Assembly: GCA_977018835.1 (NCBI GenBank)
Contig: OZ361259.1
Coordinates: 4,092,001 to 4,156,000, forward strand
Length of the DNA: 64,000 bases
From: Minutocellus sp. GHC0000111
Lineage: Eukaryota
Direction of reading: 5' to 3'
The notes beneath the pieces were generated by a model. That model made no database searches, was not told where the DNA came from, and worked only from the letters and a program-made list of their open reading frames with translations. Positions 56,647 through 64,000 of the stretch are shown in pieces. The position numbers were made by a program, and so were the translations under genes. Positions within the stretch are counted from its first letter, which is position 1; every line of letters begins with the position of its first letter.

Positions 56647-59600
56647 ATGGCGAACCCATCCAGTATGGACGACCTTAATTTGGACAATCTATTTGGTGGC
56701 GACGATTTGTTTGGTGGTCTAGATGAGATAGACTTAGGGGGGTTCGATGAGATATCATCCCTCGGGGGTTCCGCCAGGCGACGCAGCCAAGGAGAGGGCG
56801 GCGGAGGCTTCGGCTTGGGCAATGCTGTCGGAGCTACTGATGACCTTGCGGGAGCGGGAGCTCCGCCACCTCCAGCATTCGATGAGATGAGCTTTGACCT
56901 TTCAACGGCCGCTCCCTCAATTGATAGGCCGTCATCTCTGTCTCCTCCGCCGTTTCCGTCGATGGATCAGCGCCTGTCGCCGAACCAGTACCTCACCGCC
57001 TCTGGCGGCACTAAGAAGTCCCAAAGAAAGCGCAAGGCCAAAAAGTTTTTAGGAGATGAAGACGACAGTGATGATGGATCTAATATTTCCATTGGAATGG
57101 GCACAAAATCGGCTAAAGCGACGCATAAGGGTAAGGGCAAGCAGAGTGGAAGCGGCAAGAAGGCCAAGGTCAGCAGTAAGAAGGACAAGGGAGGGGCGAC
57201 GTCCGCTCCTGCCGCAGGTTCACCTTCGCCGATTGCAGAATCGTTGGGGGGCTTGCCCCAAATGATGCCCCCTCCACTGCCAAGGCCCGGTCAGAGTGGA
57301 GTAAATGTCGCTGCTTTGCCAAAGTACTTGCAGGGTTCGGCTATATTTGAGTCTGGTCAGTCAGGGCAGACCTCCTCGGCAGCGCTGGCGGCAGCCACCG
57401 CGAAGGAAGAGCCATCTGTAGAGCCACAACCGAAAAAGAGCAAGTCAAAGAAGAAGAAGTCAAAGCAATCTACCACCAAGCCCGATGAAGGGTCGCCGTC
57501 TGACGCTCAGGCGGCTGCCTCTAACTCGGCAGTGGACCCGTTGTATTGTGGTCTCGAACCCAATACAACTATGTTCTATCCTTTCATGCCGCTGCCGGCG
57601 GAAGTGGGCATGAGACGGCTGCAAAAGGCCTTCCCTGAGTTGGAGAAAGTCCATGTGCATCTAACACGAACGGCCGATGCAGTTTCACCGGGGGAGGGTG
57701 CGGCTGCGATGAATGGTACGGTAGAGACGGTCACGTCGGGGTCGGAAGATATGAACAATCCGTTATTCCGACTCTTCGTTGACCATCTTGGGGCATTGGA
57801 TGCATCTCAATCCTGTTCGAAGGCAGCAGCTGCGGCAGCGACGGCTGCCACCACAGATGCTTCTAGTGAGGCCGTAGGGCTCCCTGGGCCGGAGGAGATC
57901 AACCACAACATCCACAAACACCTTGGCGAAGCTAGAAAGGAGATCTCGGGGATTAAGAACGTGCAGCTACGCGATGAAGTGATGAAGGTATTCCTGTTAG
58001 TTCGAAGGCAGTCAAATTTTCTTGGTACAAGTCTATCCAATATGGACAGATGGTTCAAAGAGCATTTATCAGAAAGTGAATATGCGGAGGGGTTCGGAGA
58101 TGATACACCAGAAATTGACAGACACAGCAAGCGGGGTGCTGTTGGGTCGGGTGTCAGTAGATCCTCGGGGCACATTTTGCCAGCTGTTACTTCGATGGCC
58201 CCTGTATTTGTAAAAATCCGTGTCAAGTGCAAAGGATTCAAAGAGTCGACATCACAAACGGTCAGACTCAAAGGTGGTCCTCTTGTGGCTCAACTGCCTA
58301 TCCCTGCCGAAGTCGCTCGTGAATCTGGCCATGGGGGCACAACCCCACCCAGTAAGAGAAGGCGCAAGTCTTCCGCCGGTGCTACAAGCACGGCATCCAA
58401 CATTTCGTACGAGTTCCTGACCATTCCCGAAAGACGACGTCTCCTTGCGAGGGCTATTTCAACCCAGGCCTTTGAACTCGAGGCTCGGCGAAATGAAGTG
58501 GTGTCCAATCGGGATGCCTTTCGTAAAGAGTGCAGTGACAAAATTGCGCAGATTATCAAGGATGACCCTGTTCAGGTTTGCCACACGACGACGCTGTGGC
58601 AAATAATGAAGCATAGCCCATTCATTTTAGATATAACTGAAGAAGATATCAGAAAAGGGCTGGCAGAGGCGTGGCAACCGGAGCTAGGGTCCAGAGAAAT
58701 GCACTGGGGAGAAATACCGGCTGTCAGAATTTTCCGAAGCCATCCGTCGAAGAGGCGGAAACGAGATAAGAAGGAAGGCGGCACTACAATGCCTCCAATG
58801 AAACTTTTTGATCGGTTGCAGTCACTCCTTGTGGACGTTGATAGTGATGACGACGAGGATCATCATGGTGCGGAATTGGGTCCGTATCAGGATGGAAATG
58901 GTATCGAAGCTATCCCAAGCAGTGGCGAGGTGGATGGTGTTAACCCGAACGACAAGAAGGACTTTACCGTTGAAAATGCATCGTTGTTTGCCTCAGACCC
59001 AAATCGAAAATCTTCGCTTTCTTCCTTGTCGACGGGTCAAGGAGATGCCTTGCTTGACTTATCTAAATTTTCCCTCGATCAGAGGGCTTTCATACAGCTT
59101 CGTGCTCTGGGCCTCGCCGATGCCCCTCTTCTCCCTTCTCTGTTGCCAATCGTTGAAGAGGAGATATTTGTTCCGAATTCCAAGAATGTCTCGATCAATG
59201 GTGGAGCGAAGAGGCCCACACCGATAGCTGCTCCGGAGGAAGTAGCGTTGAAATCGGCCATTCCTCTTCCCGAATCAGTGCCAAGCAACGTGGCCGATTC
59301 CAACGGCCATGGGGCGAAGAGCAATGGTGCAGCGGCAGCTTCCGCAAGAAACCCCGCTCCTTCGCCTGTCGGGAGAGAGAAGTACACCAACGACAATAAT
59401 GCAAACGACTGTGATGATCTCGACACAGTCATTCGGCGTATGCAAGATGATATGTCAGTGATGCACCGTTCCATCAATTTGCGGACGGCTTCGCTCCAAG
59501 CATGTGCTGAGGAGCAATTGTTTGAGCAACGACGAATGAAACGGAGGGAGGAGATTTGTTCTTCCCTTGTAGCAAAGCATACGCAGCTAATGAAGAAGAA

Positions 59601-59670
59601 AAAAGAGGCCCAGAGCAAAAAGATGCCACCGAAGTCTTCCAAGGAACATGAGGACTGGCTTCCCTGGTAA
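56647..59670 (+). CDS. Large nuclear protein with an ADA3-like C-terminal region
   Basis: 1007-aa ORF. LFDRLQSLLV, SLDQRAFIQLRALGL and DDLDTVIRRMQDDM..N plus a coiled coil resemble Ada3. The CDS is secure; the family call is tentative. Confidence 0.6.
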   Translation: MANPSSMDDLNLDNLFGGDDLFGGLDEIDLGGFDEISSLGGSARRRSQGEGGGGFGLGNAVGATDDLAGAGAPPPPAFDEMSFDLSTAAPSIDRPSSLSPPPFPSMDQRLSPNQYLTASGGTKKSQRKRKAKKFLGDEDDSDDGSNISIGMGTKSAKATHKGKGKQSGSGKKAKVSSKKDKGGATSAPAAGSPSPIAESLGGLPQMMPPPLPRPGQSGVNVAALPKYLQGSAIFESGQSGQTSSAALAAATAKEEPSVEPQPKKSKSKKKKSKQSTTKPDEGSPSDAQAAASNSAVDPLYCGLEPNTTMFYPFMPLPAEVGMRRLQKAFPELEKVHVHLTRTADAVSPGEGAAAMNGTVETVTSGSEDMNNPLFRLFVDHLGALDASQSCSKAAAAAATAATTDASSEAVGLPGPEEINHNIHKHLGEARKEISGIKNVQLRDEVMKVFLLVRRQSNFLGTSLSNMDRWFKEHLSESEYAEGFGDDTPEIDRHSKRGAVGSGVSRSSGHILPAVTSMAPVFVKIRVKCKGFKESTSQTVRLKGGPLVAQLPIPAEVARESGHGGTTPPSKRRRKSSAGATSTASNISYEFLTIPERRRLLARAISTQAFELEARRNEVVSNRDAFRKECSDKIAQIIKDDPVQVCHTTTLWQIMKHSPFILDITEEDIRKGLAEAWQPELGSREMHWGEIPAVRIFRSHPSKRRKRDKKEGGTTMPPMKLFDRLQSLLVDVDSDDDEDHHGAELGPYQDGNGIEAIPSSGEVDGVNPNDKKDFTVENASLFASDPNRKSSLSSLSTGQGDALLDLSKFSLDQRAFIQLRALGLADAPLLPSLLPIVEEEIFVPNSKNVSINGGAKRPTPIAAPEEVALKSAIPLPESVPSNVADSNGHGAKSNGAAAASARNPAPSPVGREKYTNDNNANDCDDLDTVIRRMQDDMSVMHRSINLRTASLQACAEEQLFEQRRMKRREEICSSLVAKHTQLMKKKKEAQSKKMPPKSSKEHEDWLPW

Positions 59671-59828
59671 CAATTCAATTCGATTCGATTCAAATCATCT
59701 GGCGCAACCTTCAAATTACAATGAGCAAGCTACCAAGCACCATTACGTAGTGGAACGTCGCATTGCACCGTTTCTCTAGCTAGAGATCTACGTAGTACCT
59801 ACCGGTAGGTACTTTTTAAATTATTTGT

Positions 59829-62800
59829 CTACTCATATCCCCAAGTAAGTGTCTTAGGCAGTAGCCACCTCTTCCTCTTTATCTCCGTCGGTGCCGTCAG
59901 TGCCCGACCCTTTCTAGATCTCTCCTTGGAAAATTTCTTCAAATCAAATTCGATCTCAGCAAGGCTCGTCGGATCGGACGCCAAAAGCTCCTTTACTTCA
60001 TCCTTGGAAGTTCTGTAGATCTCAACGAAGAAGAGCATTAAATTCTTGAGCAGAGGCGATCGACTCTTTTCAAGAATTTGCTTCATCCTGCAAAGGATGG
60101 GTACCACCGTATCGATCAAGTGCTTCTTGCTGATCTTGTTCAGTAAGCGCCCTCGTACGGCCGAGAGTTGGGCTGTACTCGGCCCATTAGTGACGGCATT
60201 TGCCTCTTCGACATCATTGGCTGCCGTCGATGTCCGTCCGACTCGAGCACTCGGACTGGTCAGAACTGCCAAGCAGTCCGATACGACGCAGAAAGCCTTC
60301 TCTCTGCGCCTTGCTTCGGGCGTCGGGCCACTCCGAGCGGGAGTCTGACCCTGGGGCAAAGGTTCCAGACACAGTCGAAGATCGCTGTCGATCTCAAGGG
60401 CTCCAGCAAGAACTTCCTTTGCCAGTCTGGCGGTGACTCCAATTTTTTCTTCGTCGGACATGTGAGATAGCATCATACGATAGATGCCCATTCGCTGTCT
60501 CTTGGATAGACGAATACCCCCAAAGCTCACGGATATTCCCGAGCCGGACTCTCCGTTTGCCTTGGCTGCCGCATAAATTTTATGGGCCGTGCAGTTGTTG
60601 AGCACGAACAGAGCTTCGACGAAATTGTTGAAGAAGATGTTTGGCTGCTTCGAAAGGAGAGGACCACAGAGAGTGGTCTGGGCAAGATGGGCGACCTCAA
60701 GGTCCTCATCGACGCATGCAGCCAGGAATCTGTGAACAAGAAGGCCTCTCCACTTAATGTAGTCCTGTAATATCAAACTCGATAGAAGCAAGACAGCGTG
60801 CTTGCGAACGATGGAAGAATCCTTGGAAGGATCGGGGCCCATGATGCTCACACTGCGTGGCAGAGGAGCGTTGCATCCCGACTGGAGGCAGGAGACCTGC
60901 AAGTTGCATGTTGCAAGGATTCCAGGAAGTATACATAAAAATGAAATTGTTAGATACAAACATAGAATTGGTGGTGAGCTGGTGAATATTCCATTTATCT
61001 CTCCACGGCATATAACTGTACCATCGCATCATGTCAACTCAGACTACTTACCATCACGGGAAGGAATTTATCCACCAAGTTCGTGTATTTGATGCAGAGA
61101 TCGCCAAGCACGAGAAGAACGTTGCTCTGGACGGAGGGATCATTGACGTCAGTCTCTTGGTTCAACTCACGCGCAAGGATGTTGAGACAATCCTTAGCAA
61201 GACGCTCATCACGAAGGCAAAGCTTGCCGAGGCTGACAAAGCCGAGAGCTCTGGCCGTTTGAGGTGTTGTTGCCGGGGAAGCTTCGTCAACGGGAGGCAA
61301 GTGAGATGGAAGGACAAGCTGGATGAGATTGATAAGGCGGCTTGATGGACGAACGCGAAGGCCACGGACGGGATCGTCGTTGCTTTCCTCTTTCTTGGAC
61401 TTGACATTGGACGCATCCTCGTCGGTAGCAAATCCAACCAATGATAGTTCACCGACGGTAAAAATAGCACGCTCAATCTGCGACGAATCGTTCATCAGGC
61501 CGAGTCCAGTATTCTTCACAAATGACTCAAGGTTAGCCTCACAGCTCGAATAAAGTTCCGCAATCCATTGAGCGCAGGTATCATGAACGTCCTTCTTGGA
61601 ATTGGAATCCTTGTCATCGCAGATGCGCTTGCTCAGGGCAATCAAGGCAGAAATACCGGATCCAATTAAATCGTTTGGCAAATCGAAAGTAGACAGGAGC
61701 CCCTTCAAAGATCCAGCCGAGTGGGGGGCAGCCGATACTCCAACCATCGATCCCAATCGAGACATGACCTGCAAACACTGACGAGAGGTAATAATTGTCG
61801 TGGAAAGAGACTGCTGAGAAATGTTAGGGGAGGAACTCATTTGATGAAGCTTTTCCCAGGACGATGCCAGGAATTCAGAATCACACGAGCTCGATTTGAA
61901 AGCCTTGATAGGGTCGAATCTGCCGGACTGCTGAGTGCCCTTCTTCTGCGGACCACAATCCGTGAGAGCATCGAGGAGACACCAGGCACCAACTCGTTGA
62001 GACTCGACATCGCCGTTGAAGAGGGAAGAATCGTCAGTGAGGGTTTCATTCATATCATCGATATCATCGGAAGACGATCCCTCCAATTCTAGGCTCGAGG
62101 CGGCAACTCGGTGGACTTCCTTGAGAAGTGGCTTGGAAACATTTCCATGAGACGTTCCAGCATCGTCAAATACCTTGGTCAGAGCTACCTTGAGAGCCCT
62201 CGTACCGCCCTTCGAAGCTCCTGATTCGTTTGATGCCTCACTAGTCCGTGCGAGCACTTTCCATGCCGTCATGTAACGATTCTTCTGATAGTCACTGTTC
62301 CAGTCGATTGTTCTGCCTCCAACCTCAATGACTGGATCAAGCACAACCTCACAAAACAGATCAACAGCCTTGCTGACGCATGTGGTCTCAGCATCAAGGA
62401 CCAGCGGAAGAACAGCCTCAGCAAAGGCAGATTCTAGCAGAGATGCCCCGCCCTTGGAATACTGATTCTTGACTAGCGTTGCGAGGGCTTCAGCTGCTGC
62501 CTTCCTCGTTGCAACGGACTGATCTCCGCAGAGACGACAGAAAACCACGATATCATCCTGTGATGGACAAGTTTGGGCAAGGCAGCTGGTGGAATCGCCA
62601 TCCATCACCAAGAGCATACTGGTCAAACCAGCAATGGAGGCCTTGCGTACCGTCGCTCTCTCATCGCAGGCAGCCCTCTTCCGAAGAGTGGAGATGAGCT
62701 GAGGAGCTAGCTTCAATACTGCCTCTTTGAATGGCTTGGCTTCATCTGCTCTGTCTTCTTCAAAGGCTTCCATCTCATCGTCGCTCAAAACGAAGGATGT

Positions 62801-64000
62801 TTCACTCGCCTTTCCTACACCATCGGTCTTGGTGATACGGGCCAAAGCATCCGATAAAGAGTGGGCGGCGCGGGCACGCACTGCCGGGGCCCTGTCCGAC
62901 AATCGGTCATGCAGAGCCTTGAGAAGGGCGACTGGAATGCTAGGCTCAGTCATAATCTCACGCAATGCAGGCGACATAGTGCTAGTGTCCCGGGCACCGG
63001 GGCTGGAAACTCGGACAGACTGGTTGTAGTGCTTCCAAATCCAATCGTCCGATAGGAACTCCCCGATCAACTCCACAGCAAACAGGCGATGGAATGCTAC
63101 CTTGGAATGGCATAGCTGGGTAATGAAGCGAAGGAAGTACGACTGCTCCAGGGAGGGGAAGCGGGGGAGGCATCTCTTGATGATGGAAGTGGCGCGGGCA
63201 CGGACCTGAGCCCGTTCCAGTCCCTTGGCGGTGGCGAGCTTTTGCAGAAGGCCGAGCATTGTGCTCAAAATAGGCCGAGGCTTCTTGACGCTCTCCTCCT
63301 CGGGAGTATCGGCCGGAGCAGGAGTGTAGGCTCGGCTCTTACTCGGCGTCACGGTCTTCTTGAGTGATGGAGGGACGGGCGATAGCAAACCCACCGACTT
63401 GCGACGGGACTTGTGCTCCGTCCTCGGCGTTTTGCTCCCAGCCGCACCAGGGGTCACAGGAGCATCGTCGCCGCCACCCACCGATCGCCTTCTACCAGTG
63501 TGAGGAGTCGTGACTGCTCCGCCTCGAACACGGGGAGTACGACGCGGCCTAGACGCAGCCTTGACGATGGAATCATACTTCTCAATATCATCCGATAACG
63601 ATCCAATGATGCCCTCCAGAACATCCGCGGCAGCATCGTGAGCATTGAGCTTGCCCTTCTGCCCCATTGGTAGCTCAACATGAAGAGAGAGTAGAGGCAA
63701 AAGACCACGGAGGACAAATACGGCAGTTTCCTGGCTGGTCTCCATGGCCCTTTCGGCATCGGCGGCGATTGCAGCAGCACCAGCGGCGGTTGAGCGGTTG
63801 TTGCCGCCGCGGTTGGCAGATCTTGAGGGAGTTTTGGCGAGGGGAGCCTCTGATGAGGCACCGCCTGAAGCGGCAGCGGCAATGGCAGCGGCCGTAGTAT
63901 CGTCCCGAATGACCACACAGGTCTGCAGGGCATGTGACAGAGACTTGGCGGCGGCGTTGCACAGAGATCGGAGCCCACTACCTCCCTCGGCAATCGATGG
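59829..64000 (-). CDS. NCAPD3: Condensin II subunit CAP-D3; 5' end beyond the window; intron 61051-60897
   Basis: HEAT repeats, SLGKLCLRDE.LAK, SNVLLVLGDLCIKYTNLVD, VRKHAVLLLSSLILQDYIKWRG and LEKSRSPLLK. The frame stays open to base 64000. Confidence 0.88.

Overview
Eukaryotic nuclear DNA, very probably from a diatom: it has a fucoxanthin-chlorophyll LHC gene, bipartite plastid-targeting peptides, compact GT-AG introns, an HSF and a chitin-binding-like secreted protein. Bases 1-11695 are a near-identical copy of 25240-36934 (offset 25239; I found 2 substitutions by eye) and end at a 200-N gap. The duplicated block carries KRI1, a METTL2/6-type methyltransferase, an epimerase-fibrillin protein, a chitin-binding-like protein, an MFS transporter, RPB10 and a broken UFD1. 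Other genes are three paralogous coiled-coil genes, a MYND-ankyrin gene, TOR, RRP8, a RING protein, a double-HSF/CRAL-TRIO protein, NBS1, an LHC, an ankyrin protein, an ADA3-like protein and condensin II CAP-D3. Two things stand out. (1) A ~3.5 kb insertion (20704-24216) splits a plastid membrane-protein gene; it has a Helitron-like hairpin+CTAG end and two large ORFs I cannot assign to any family. (2) Normally essential genes carry many lesions (TOR frameshifted and cut, RRP8 and UFD1 lacking 5' ends, an in-frame stop in UFD1, LHC exon 1 missing), suggesting a decaying duplicated segment or haplotype, or assembly error. A ~690-bp structured element flanked by 16-bp direct repeats, with RNase MRP-like motifs, lies at 43604-44325. 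All family calls are by motif recognition only; no searches were run.
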